A stretch of 64,000 bases of DNA. Origin: Opitutaceae bacterium. Lineage in GTDB: Bacteria > Verrucomicrobiota > Verrucomicrobiia > Opitutales > Opitutaceae. The stretch lies in assembly GCA_028281165.1 (NCBI GenBank), contig JANQKI010000013.1, forward strand, positions 14,825 through 78,824. The letters are read 5' to 3'. The notes beneath the pieces are model-generated. The model made no database searches. It saw only the letters and a program-made list of their open reading frames with translations, and was not told the origin of the DNA. A program made the position numbers and the translations under genes. The number at the start of each line of letters is the position of its first letter. Positions within the stretch are counted from its first letter, which is position 1. This document shows positions 46,700 to 55,217 of the stretch, piece by piece.

Positions 46700-46780
46700 G
46701 TTAACCACAGAAGGCACAAAATTCACAAAAAGCTTATGGGCTTCGAGAAATTTTGCGCCTCTTGTGCTTTGTGTGGTTAA
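46700..46780 (-). other. Long intercistronic hairpin between folP and folB
   Basis: The arms are TTAACCACAGAAGGCACAA (46701-46719) and TTGTGCTTTGTGTGGTTAA (46762-46780), complementary at 17 of 19 positions. The distal arm begins at the folP stop codon. Confidence 0.6.
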
Positions 46781-47622
46781 TTAACATTCTTAGGTCGATA
46801 AATTAAATCCGCCATCCTGGCAGCGCGAGCGTTTTCCTGGACGTCGTGCACTCTAACAAAATCCGCCCCACCCTGAGCGGCGCAAACGGTCGTGGCTAAG
46901 GTTGTTTCCAGCCTTTGATCGGTAGACAAGTCGAGCAGCTCTCCGGTCACCCGCTTCCTTGAGGCGCCAATCATGACTGGAAAACCAAAAGCTCTAAGCC
47001 GGGCTACATTTCGCAGAATATCCAAATCCTGCTTCCGCGTAGTCTCAAACCCAATACCCGGGTCTAGAATTATTTGCCCTCGATTGAGTCCTGCCTTTTC
47101 CGCAACCACAAATGACATCTCCCAGAACCGAAAAATGGAATCGATAGTCCCTCCAACAATAGGAACTATTCTAGCATTGTGCATCAGAATGCAAACAGCT
47201 CCAGCGTCTGCCACCACCAGTGCCATATCCGGATCTCCCTGAAATCCTGAAATATCATTTATGATATCCACTCCAGCTTGTAGCGCTTTTTTAGCGACAG
47301 AGGATTTTGTGGTATCGAGCGAAAGAATTATATCGGGAAATTGCCGCTTAGCCGCCTCAATGAGAGGCAAAACGCGAGAGGCTTCTTCTTTCTCAGAAAC
47401 GGGATCGAAATTCGGTCGGGTTGACTCGCCTCCAATGTCTACAAAACTGGCTCCCTTCTGGATCATTGACTCGATTCGCCTGAGAGCATCATCGATTCTG
47501 GGAAATAGACCGCCGTCGGAAAAACTGTCGGGCGTCGCATTGAGGATACCCACAATGTGAGTCTTTTCTCCTAAGACCACTTCACGTCCCCTAAATTTTA
47601 ATACGCGATCTTTAGAGCCCAT
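46777..47622 (-). CDS. folP: Dihydropteroate synthase
   Basis: 281 aa. Motifs are GILNATPDSFSDGG, DIGGESTRP and GASRKR. Confidence 0.9.
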   Translation of the reverse strand: MGSKDRVLKFRGREVVLGEKTHIVGILNATPDSFSDGGLFPRIDDALRRIESMIQKGASFVDIGGESTRPNFDPVSEKEEASRVLPLIEAAKRQFPDIILSLDTTKSSVAKKALQAGVDIINDISGFQGDPDMALVVADAGAVCILMHNARIVPIVGGTIDSIFRFWEMSFVVAEKAGLNRGQIILDPGIGFETTRKQDLDILRNVARLRAFGFPVMIGASRKRVTGELLDLSTDQRLETTLATTVCAAQGGADFVRVHDVQENARAARMADLIYRPKNVN

Positions 47623-48460
47623 TTTTCCAATTGTCTCGGCTTTTAGTCTCTAGAGCCGTGTAGAGTTCGTTCAAACGATACAATAACCTGCCTCCTCCTT
47701 CATAAAGGACCGAATTCTCACCCGTATCGATTTCGGAAACCGAGGCAATCCCCATTCCAGAGTTCGTCAGGTAGGCAGCGTCGCCTTGAAGGACTTCACT
47801 CAAGGTGAAAGCCCCTTCATTCACAATCATACCGTCTTCTTGGCACAATTGAATTACTTTGGAGCGAACTATTCCATTTAGAAGCCCACAATCAAGATGT
47901 GGCGTATTCAAAATTCCATTTTTACGGAAAAAGAGATTCGACATGGAACACTCGCATACCTTTCCAAATTCATTAAGAAAGAGACACTCGTCATAGCCGT
48001 GGTTCTGCGCTGCCTGAAACTGGAGCCAGTTTTCCACATAATTGGTGGTTTTATGCTTTGTCGTGAAAGCTTCAGATGGTTGAACCACATCGGAAACACG
48101 AAGTCGCAAATCCTGCTTTGGCGAAGTATTTTGGGGAGATCTGATAAAAAGCAATACACGAGATCTGTCAGCATCTCTGAATACAATGATCTTAAATATA
48201 CCTGATTCAAAAGGTGAGGACCCTAGAAGAGTTTCAACGAAAAGAGATACTTCTTCGCGTGAAAATCCATGCGAAAGACCAGAAACTTGAGAAGCTATTT
48301 CAAGTCTCTCTAAATGCTCGCGAAAAAAACAAGGCCGTCGCTCAAGAAATTTAATGGTTTCGAAAACGCCATATCCATAAGCAAGGGCCAAGCTCGATGG
48401 AGATAGGTTTATCTCATCGCTCTTGAGCAGTTCGCCATCAAGTACAAATTTAGAGTTCAT
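47612..48460 (-). CDS. pabC: Class IV aminotransferase-fold protein, aminodeoxychorismate lyase by context
   Basis: 282 aa with the fold-type IV pattern (GYGVFETI.., ..KTTNY.., LNGIVR). It sits between pabB and folP with overlapping ends. Confidence 0.7.
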   Translation of the reverse strand: MNSKFVLDGELLKSDEINLSPSSLALAYGYGVFETIKFLERRPCFFREHLERLEIASQVSGLSHGFSREEVSLFVETLLGSSPFESGIFKIIVFRDADRSRVLLFIRSPQNTSPKQDLRLRVSDVVQPSEAFTTKHKTTNYVENWLQFQAAQNHGYDECLFLNEFGKVCECSMSNLFFRKNGILNTPHLDCGLLNGIVRSKVIQLCQEDGMIVNEGAFTLSEVLQGDAAYLTNSGMGIASVSEIDTGENSVLYEGGGRLLYRLNELYTALETKSRDNWKNGL

Positions 48461-49824
48461 CGAGAGTGCCCTAGCGCTTCAAATAAAGCGCTGGCTTTGT
48501 CAAAGGTCTCTTCGTATTCAGATTCCGGATCACTGTCCCAAACAATGCCTCCTCCAACATTGAACGAAAGGGTCTCTTCCGATATACGCATAGTACGAAT
48601 CGCGATATTAAAGTCGGCATTTCCATCGAAGCCAAAATACCCAATGGATCCTGTGTAGACGCCTCGAGCCGAAGGTTCAAGCTCGTCAATCACTTCCATG
48701 GCTCGAATTTTAGGAGCCCCCGTAATAGAGCCTCCGGGAAACATAGCCCGAAGACAGTCAACCGCGTCAAATTGACTAGCAAGATCCCCCCTGACACGAG
48801 CCGTTTGATGGATAACTTGGGCGTAAGTCTCGAGACTGAAAAGTCCTTCAACGACAATCGAACCTGGCTTGCAGACCTTTCCAAGATCATTTCGCTCGAG
48901 ATCCACAATCATGAGAAGTTCGGCTTTATCCTTTTCGGATGAACGCAACGACTCGCAGTTGGCCCGCTCTTCCTCGGAGCTCGATCCACGTGGTCTTGTA
49001 CCTTTGATGGGGCGTGTCTCAAGACTTCCATTGCGCAACCACATAAAACGTTCTGGCGAGGAAGATAGAATACACTCATCACCAAAATTCAAATACGCTG
49101 AATAGGGTGCAGGGTTAATCCTTCTAAGTCGCTCGTAAACAGAAGCAGGAGAGCCATTAAAGGAGGAAGAAAAACGCTGCGATAGGTTTATCTGATAGAC
49201 TTCCCCCTCGCGAATGTACTCTCGCGCCTTCTCAATCGCATTGAAATATTCATTGGTTGCAAAGTTAGAACGAGGCTTATCCGATTCAAAGGCTTCGCAC
49301 TGGAGTTTCCTATCACCTGCTGACTCAGTCAGCTGCAAAAGCTTTCGCTTACGACTTTCAAATCCAGGATAGAGATCGAAACCAACAAAGCAACCCTCGT
49401 TTGCCTCGTGATCCAATACGAGGGCCGTATCGTAAAACCCGAACCTAGCTAAAGGCTGATCTGGATCCAAAATCTGGCTACGAGGTCGCTTTTCAATCAG
49501 ACCCCAATAGTCGTAGGAAATATAGCCAATAGCTCCGCCAAGAAAAGGAACAAGCTCTTCGCCTTCCAATCTGTTTTTGCGTAGTTCTTCTTGCAAAATC
49601 TCAAAAGGATCTCCGTCGCAGTAGAAACGTCTTCCTTCCTGCTCGAAAAATACATCCCTCTGAGTCGCGCAAAACGTCTTCACCGGGTTGCAGGCCAAAA
49701 TGGAATATCGCCCTAAATCGTACCCCATACTAGAGCTATCAAGAAATACAGTTCCCGATTCTTGTGAAAGGACGCGAAAAATCGAAACGAGATTTAAAGA
49801 CGAATCCAGTTTCTCAATACTCAT
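48457..49824 (-). CDS. pabB: Aminodeoxychorismate synthase component I
   Basis: 455 aa of the chorismate-binding family (SSPERF, RPIKGTRPRG, DLERNDLGKVC, FPGGSITGAPK). Assigned as PabB rather than TrpE by context. Confidence 0.8.
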   Translation of the reverse strand: MSIEKLDSSLNLVSIFRVLSQESGTVFLDSSSMGYDLGRYSILACNPVKTFCATQRDVFFEQEGRRFYCDGDPFEILQEELRKNRLEGEELVPFLGGAIGYISYDYWGLIEKRPRSQILDPDQPLARFGFYDTALVLDHEANEGCFVGFDLYPGFESRKRKLLQLTESAGDRKLQCEAFESDKPRSNFATNEYFNAIEKAREYIREGEVYQINLSQRFSSSFNGSPASVYERLRRINPAPYSAYLNFGDECILSSSPERFMWLRNGSLETRPIKGTRPRGSSSEEERANCESLRSSEKDKAELLMIVDLERNDLGKVCKPGSIVVEGLFSLETYAQVIHQTARVRGDLASQFDAVDCLRAMFPGGSITGAPKIRAMEVIDELEPSARGVYTGSIGYFGFDGNADFNIAIRTMRISEETLSFNVGGGIVWDSDPESEYEETFDKASALFEALGHSR

Positions 49825-50411
49825 CAGAGTGGCGCGACATCGTACTTTCGTAAAGCCAGCGCATTACGCAAGAGCTTGAGCCCACCTTGAGTAAGCAGAG
49901 CCTCAGGATGGAACTGCACGCCAGCCATTGGAAGTTCTCGATGCTCGAGGGCCATGATCTCATTTGCTTCTGAGGTTGCCGTTGCCGCGAGGCAATCCGG
50001 CAACGTTTCACTATCGACGATCAACGAGTGATAGCGGGTTACGTTGAGCGGATTCGGCAGCCCCTCGAAAAGCCTCGTTTCGTCATGATGAGCCAACCTG
50101 ATCTTGCCGTGAACGGGCTCGGAGGCCTTGACAATTTTCGAGCCAAAGTAGGCGGCTATCGTTTGCATGCCCAAGCAAATGCCAAAGATCGGAATCTCTC
50201 CCTTAAAGAATTCTATGATCTTGAAACAGTTGCCTGTCGCTTCGGGACCACCAGGACCAGGAGAAATCACAATAATTTCGGGATTCATTGCCTTAACGCC
50301 ATCCACATCCAGCAAATCATTACGAATCACCTCTACTTTCTGATCTAGAATTTGAAAGTATTGAAAAAGATTATACGTAAAGGAATCGTAGTTGTCGATG
50401 ATCAGTACCAT
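49824..50411 (-). CDS. pabA: Aminodeoxychorismate/anthranilate synthase component II (glutamine amidotransferase)
   Basis: 195 aa. Motifs are MVLIIDNYDSFTYNL, GICLGMQ (catalytic Cys) and QFHPE. Confidence 0.85.
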   Translation of the reverse strand: MVLIIDNYDSFTYNLFQYFQILDQKVEVIRNDLLDVDGVKAMNPEIIVISPGPGGPEATGNCFKIIEFFKGEIPIFGICLGMQTIAAYFGSKIVKASEPVHGKIRLAHHDETRLFEGLPNPLNVTRYHSLIVDSETLPDCLAATATSEANEIMALEHRELPMAGVQFHPEALLTQGGLKLLRNALALRKYDVAPL

Positions 50412-50421
50412 GTCTTTCCCT

Positions 50422-50970
50422 TCAGCCGATCAATTCCTCCTCAATGAGAAGGCCTGGTTCTTTTTCGACACCCCTCGCAGCGTGAAGCACGTGCAAGGAG
50501 GCTGCGCTATTGTTTAACAGTCGATCAATCAAAATTCGCTTATCTAGAGGAGGCATAGCCAAATCTTCAAGCTCTTCGTGTGAGAAAAATTTGAATACAC
50601 CTTCGTCGATAGGATGTGGCAAGGCGACAAATCGTCTTTGAATCTCGAAAATAAACATAAGCCAATGACCTGTACCCTCGTAGTTTTCTTCAGAGAGGAT
50701 GCTTCTCAAGGCTAGATCGGTTTCCACTAGATCGAGATCGACCTCTTCCTTGGCCTCCCGAATCGCGCACTCGTAAGGCGATTCTCCGAGAGGCATCTCA
50801 AGCTTTCCGCCAATTGCGCACCACAAACCTAAGTTGGGCTTCTTCGAACGCCTAATGAGTAGCACACGCCCCGTGTCGTCTCGGAAATACAGAAGAACGC
50901 CAATCCGGTAACGGGAAGGCTTCGAGTCCGTGGACCGTTTTGAATCAGCTACTGAGTCGTTCCTAAACAC
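50422..50970 (-). CDS. NUDIX hydrolase
   Basis: 182 aa with the Nudix box GGKLEMPLGESPYECAIREAKEEVDL. It is the first gene of the folate operon, 10 nt upstream of pabA. Confidence 0.8.
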   Translation of the reverse strand: MFRNDSVADSKRSTDSKPSRYRIGVLLYFRDDTGRVLLIRRSKKPNLGLWCAIGGKLEMPLGESPYECAIREAKEEVDLDLVETDLALRSILSEENYEGTGHWLMFIFEIQRRFVALPHPIDEGVFKFFSHEELEDLAMPPLDKRILIDRLLNNSAASLHVLHAARGVEKEPGLLIEEELIG

Positions 50971-51063
50971 CTAGCCGCATCGTGGACTCGGAAAGGAACG
51001 GGACAATCCAAATTTTCGTATTACGAGATAATAGCTGCTCCTAATGAGCACTGATGTGGATCA

Positions 51064-52176
51064 TCAAAAAACAGGATCTTCAGCTTCGCAATCAGGCATA
51101 ACCGGTAGGCGCTCGAAAGTAGAATCCACTTTCTTTCGTGTACCGTCTTCGTAAGATTCCTCGTAACTGCTCATGACGTCGAAAACGTGGTAGGCCATAG
51201 CTCCGTTAGCGCGTTGAGGCCGGCCAACGCGGATGGCTTCAGCCATCTCCGCAAGTCCTAGGCTGCGCATCCCTTCATAGTGATGCTCAAGTGGAACTTC
51301 TTCCCAAGGTCCGTCACGTCCTCGACTCACTTCGACTTTCCCATCGAAGCGATTAGGATTTGGCAACGATAGCGAACCCTCCGTCCCATAAACCATAAGC
51401 ATGGGAAGCTGATGAGCGCCACGCATGTCGAAACTGAAAAGCGTAGAAGCCGTTGCTCCATTCTCGAATTCGAGGAGGCCATTTACGTGGGTCGGCGTTT
51501 CGACCTGGATTTTCGAGCCTTTGAGAGGCTCGCTGGTTATTGTCCTTTCCTCAAAGGTCGTTTTGGTAGAGCCATATACGCTGGACACAGGTCCCAGGAT
51601 GTTAACCAATGCGGTCAGGTAATAAGGTCCCATGTCAAGAAGCGGCCCGCCACCCTTTTTGTAGTAATACTCAGGATTTGGATGCCAGCTTTCGTGTCCT
51701 GGATAAGCAAATACAGCAACAGCCCCAAAGAGATCGCCAATGAATCCCCCATCGATTAGCTTGCGAGCGGTTTGCAGAGCTCCACTTAAAAATGTGTCGG
51801 GAGCGCAACCCACGTAGAGCTCTTTTTCAGCAGCCAGCTGCAGAACGTCCAATCCCTCCTGCCGATGGGTAGCAAACGGCTTTTCGCAGTACGCATGCTT
51901 GCCCGCCTCTAGAATAGCTTTGTTGATCGGGGCGTGAAATTGAGGAGTGGTTATGTTTAGGACGATCTCGATTTCATCATCTTCCAGAAGCTCATCGACA
52001 CTTAACACCCTTGGCACTTCGAATTCTTCCGCCCGACTTTTAGCAGCTTCCCGATTGATGTCGGCACAGGCAACGATCTCGATATTGTCGTAGCGCCTGC
52101 AGCCGCGAAAGTAGGCGGGGCTAATGTTACCGCAACCAACAACTCCTATCTTAGCTATTTGATCTGACGTAGCCAT
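51064..52176 (-). CDS. Gfo/Idh/MocA-family oxidoreductase
   Basis: It has an N-terminal Rossmann motif (IGVVGCGNISPAYF) and the EKP motif (AYCEKPF). The ORF is open up to 52245; I prefer the Met at 52176. Confidence 0.8.
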   Translation of the reverse strand: MATSDQIAKIGVVGCGNISPAYFRGCRRYDNIEIVACADINREAAKSRAEEFEVPRVLSVDELLEDDEIEIVLNITTPQFHAPINKAILEAGKHAYCEKPFATHRQEGLDVLQLAAEKELYVGCAPDTFLSGALQTARKLIDGGFIGDLFGAVAVFAYPGHESWHPNPEYYYKKGGGPLLDMGPYYLTALVNILGPVSSVYGSTKTTFEERTITSEPLKGSKIQVETPTHVNGLLEFENGATASTLFSFDMRGAHQLPMLMVYGTEGSLSLPNPNRFDGKVEVSRGRDGPWEEVPLEHHYEGMRSLGLAEMAEAIRVGRPQRANGAMAYHVFDVMSSYEESYEDGTRKKVDSTFERLPVMPDCEAEDPVF

Positions 52177-52319
52177 AGGCTGGAAATGCATGGCAGGTCG
52201 TCTAGCCCATTCAAGGTAAAACATGAAAAGTCTAGGGCTGACCAAAACACTAGCTTAGAAGCTTTGAAAAAGAATGCTCTAGTATGGACTTCGCCTGCAG
52301 CAACTGAGATGCTGCAAGG

Positions 52320-53024
52320 ATGGAGAACCAACGAGTCGCATTTATCACTGGAGCGAACAGAGGTCTAGGCAAAGAAACAGCCATAGCGCTCGCTCGCAAA
52401 GGATGGCATGTTTTTATTGGAGCTAGAAACAAGCAAACCGGTCAAGAGCTAGCCGATTCGCTGACGGAAGAGGGGCATAAGGCCAGCTTCACGCAAATCG
52501 ATATTTCCAATCTGGAAAGCATCGAGCAGGCTGCGAAATCAGTATCAACGGAAGTAGACCGCCTAGACGTCCTGATAAACAACGCCGGCGTTCTAATCGA
52601 ACCAGAGTCAAGCATACTTGAAACGTCGATCGAGGCATTAACGGACTCGTTTCGCATAAATGCTATAGGGCCTGCTCTGGTCTCAACAGCGTTCGTCGAT
52701 TTATTGAAACAGGGCGACAATGCAAGAATCGTCAATGTATCCAGTGGAGCCGGACAGCTTTGCGAAGTCCAAAGTTGGGCTCCTGCCTATAGTATCTCGA
52801 AAACCGCTTTAAACGCCGTTACTCGTCAGTTTGCTTCCGCCCTAGGCCCCTATTCGATCTCAGTCAATTGCGCCTGTCCAGGTTGGTGTCGAACAGACAT
52901 GGGAGGGCCAAACGCTTCTCGCAGCGCTGAGGAAGGTGTAGATACAATAGTCTGGCTAGCGGCAGAAGCTCCCCAAGAATTGAGCGGCATGTTTTTCCAA
53001 GATAGAGCGGAAATTCCTTGGTAA
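52320..53024 (+). CDS. Short-chain dehydrogenase/reductase (carbonyl-reductase-like)
   Basis: 234 aa. Motifs are ITGANRGLG, NNAG and YSISKTAL (YxxxK). Confidence 0.85.
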   Translation: MENQRVAFITGANRGLGKETAIALARKGWHVFIGARNKQTGQELADSLTEEGHKASFTQIDISNLESIEQAAKSVSTEVDRLDVLINNAGVLIEPESSILETSIEALTDSFRINAIGPALVSTAFVDLLKQGDNARIVNVSSGAGQLCEVQSWAPAYSISKTALNAVTRQFASALGPYSISVNCACPGWCRTDMGGPNASRSAEEGVDTIVWLAAEAPQELSGMFFQDRAEIPW

Positions 53025-53159
53025 AGATAGCCGACTTTTCGCTACGGAAGCTGATTATTCCATCTCCTCGAGTCGACTGCTCTAAAGCATCAAACAGCTT
53101 CTTATCTCCTTTTTCTAAGGAGCGATTAGCTATCCGACGAGAGCACAAGGATAAGAATT

Positions 53160-53861
53160 TCATGCGTACTCACGTTTTCCATACAGAGCAGTACCAACGC
53201 GGACCATGGTACTGCCTTCTAAAATGGCAAGTCGCATGTCCCCGCTCATACCCATGGAAAGTTCAGGAAGTTTCACGGAAAAGGAAGACTCTAGCTCGTC
53301 TCGGCATTTTCGAAGAGCGGAAAAGCAAGAACGAGCGATTTTAAGATCTTCGGACAAGGGAGCGATAGTCATAAGCCCATCAACCTTTAGATGCGAACAC
53401 TGCAATGCTGCCTCGAGCAAGGCCGGAGCTTCCTCAATCGAAACGCCCGCTTTGTTAGGATCGTTGCCCGCATTGACCTGTAGTAGAATCGAGAGCTCGC
53501 GATCGGCGTCCTGAGCATGACTTTGCAAGGCGTTCAGAATCTTCAAACGATCCACCGTCTGAATGCGACAAAACCGCTGAGCCGCTCGCTTCGCCTTGTT
53601 GCTTTGCAAGGGACCGATCAATTCCCAACCGATGTCGAAATCCACCTGCTCTATCTTTCCAAGGGCCTCTTGAACTCGGTTTTCACCCACTGCCATAATG
53701 CCGGCTTTGTGAGCGTAGAGAGCAGCATCCAAAGGGTGGCTCTTGGTTACGGGTAGCAAGGCAACGGATTCTGCAGGTCGCCCTGCTTCCTCACAGGTCG
53801 CGGCGATTTGTTCACGAACCCCATCTAAGTTGTCCAAAAAGGTTTCGAAGCTTAAAAACAT
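53160..53861 (-). CDS. yggS: YggS-family pyridoxal-phosphate homeostasis protein
   Basis: 233 aa. Landmarks are LLPVTKSHP (PLP Lys), GENRVQE, IGPLQSNK and LSMGMSGD. Confidence 0.85.
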   Translation of the reverse strand: MFLSFETFLDNLDGVREQIAATCEEAGRPAESVALLPVTKSHPLDAALYAHKAGIMAVGENRVQEALGKIEQVDFDIGWELIGPLQSNKAKRAAQRFCRIQTVDRLKILNALQSHAQDADRELSILLQVNAGNDPNKAGVSIEEAPALLEAALQCSHLKVDGLMTIAPLSEDLKIARSCFSALRKCRDELESSFSVKLPELSMGMSGDMRLAILEGSTMVRVGTALYGKREYA

Positions 53862-53931
53862 TAAAATATCTTCTCTTTAGATTTGCTTATAATTAGAAAT
53901 TGTTATATGCATTCTTAGAATTCCAAGAAAG

Positions 53932-54816
53932 ATGCAAGTAGACAACTTTAAGATATTCGCCGATCTCGTTGAAACAAAAAGCTTCTCCAAAGCGGCACGA
54001 CTAAACGGGGTCACTCAGTCTGCCGTAAGCCAGCAAGCGCGAGCGATGGAACGCAATTTCAACACTCTGCTCATCGATCGAAGTCAAAAGCAGTTTCAGC
54101 TGACGCGCGAAGGCGAACGCGTGTACCAGTCCTCGAAGGAAATCCTGCATGTTTACGACAAGCTGGTAAGCGAGCTCATGGAAATGAAGAAAGTCATAAG
54201 CGGCACCATTCGCATTTCCACTATCTACAGCATTGGCCTCCATGAGCTTCCGCCGTTTATAAAATCTTTTTTGAGCGAGTTTCCCTCTGTAAACGTAAGA
54301 GTGGAATACCGACGCTCCAATCTAGTGTATGAAGATATTCTGCACAACTCGGTTGATTTTGGTCTCGTCGCATTTCCGGTAAAATCTCGCCAGATTGAGA
54401 TCATTCCTTTCCGCGAAGATCAGCTGGTTATCATTTGCCATCCAGACCATTCTCTTGCCCAAAGGGGAGGTCTTTCAGTCCACGATTTGGCGACTCATAA
54501 ATTTATCAGCTTCGACCCGGATATTCCAACTCGCAAGGCAGTGGATCAGATCTTTCGGGACAACAAAATCGAGATCGAACCCGTCATGGAATTCGATAAC
54601 ATCGAAACGGTAAAGCGAGCGGTCGAAATCGATGCTGGCATAGCTATGGTGCCTCAGGCAACGGTGACTCAAGAAGTAAAGCAAGGCACTTTGGTGGCTG
54701 TTCCATTAGACGGAAACGGTTTCACTCGCCCACTCGCCATCCTGCACCGAAAAGGTCGAGTGCTCACGCCAGCAATGAAGAAATTCATCAAGACGCTGAC
54801 GAATAGCGAAGAGTAG
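53932..54816 (+). CDS. LysR-family transcriptional regulator
   Basis: 294 aa. It has an N-terminal HTH (FSKAARLNGVTQSAVSQQARAMERNF) and a LysR substrate-binding domain. Confidence 0.85.
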   Translation: MQVDNFKIFADLVETKSFSKAARLNGVTQSAVSQQARAMERNFNTLLIDRSQKQFQLTREGERVYQSSKEILHVYDKLVSELMEMKKVISGTIRISTIYSIGLHELPPFIKSFLSEFPSVNVRVEYRRSNLVYEDILHNSVDFGLVAFPVKSRQIEIIPFREDQLVIICHPDHSLAQRGGLSVHDLATHKFISFDPDIPTRKAVDQIFRDNKIEIEPVMEFDNIETVKRAVEIDAGIAMVPQATVTQEVKQGTLVAVPLDGNGFTRPLAILHRKGRVLTPAMKKFIKTLTNSEE

Positions 54817-55184
54817 CTTGCCACCCAATAAAGCTATTGAAACTCGCCTTTCTCCGGAAAAGGAAACTCAAAGCTGTATCCTAACCTTGGATATGCGAGT
54901 TCAAATACTGCAATGTATGAACAGGTTTTGAGCGGGCTGCGACTAGTCTTCGAACAGAAACGGACGGGGCCGACGATAACCCCTAACGCCGGCCCCTAGT
55001 GTTTCTGCTCCTGCAAAATAAAGACAACCCAAGTCACTTCCTTAAGCATGTGTGGGAACAACTCTTTGAGTGAGCAATGGATGCGCCAAAAGACTCCGGA
55101 GTATTCTTAAAGCGAGTATTTGATCACATTCAGTCCAGTCTCGGAAAAAGCAGACGGAATCCGTCCGATCCGAAGAATCGAAAT

Positions 55185-55217
55185 CGATCAAATAAGAGCG
55201 CGAAGCCAAAGCGCTCT
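55185..55217 (-). terminator. Possible terminator overlapping the metH stop
   Basis: AGAGCGC / GCGCTCT is a 7-bp stem (55195-55217). It is followed on the minus strand by TTATTTGA, a weak U-tract. Confidence 0.35.
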
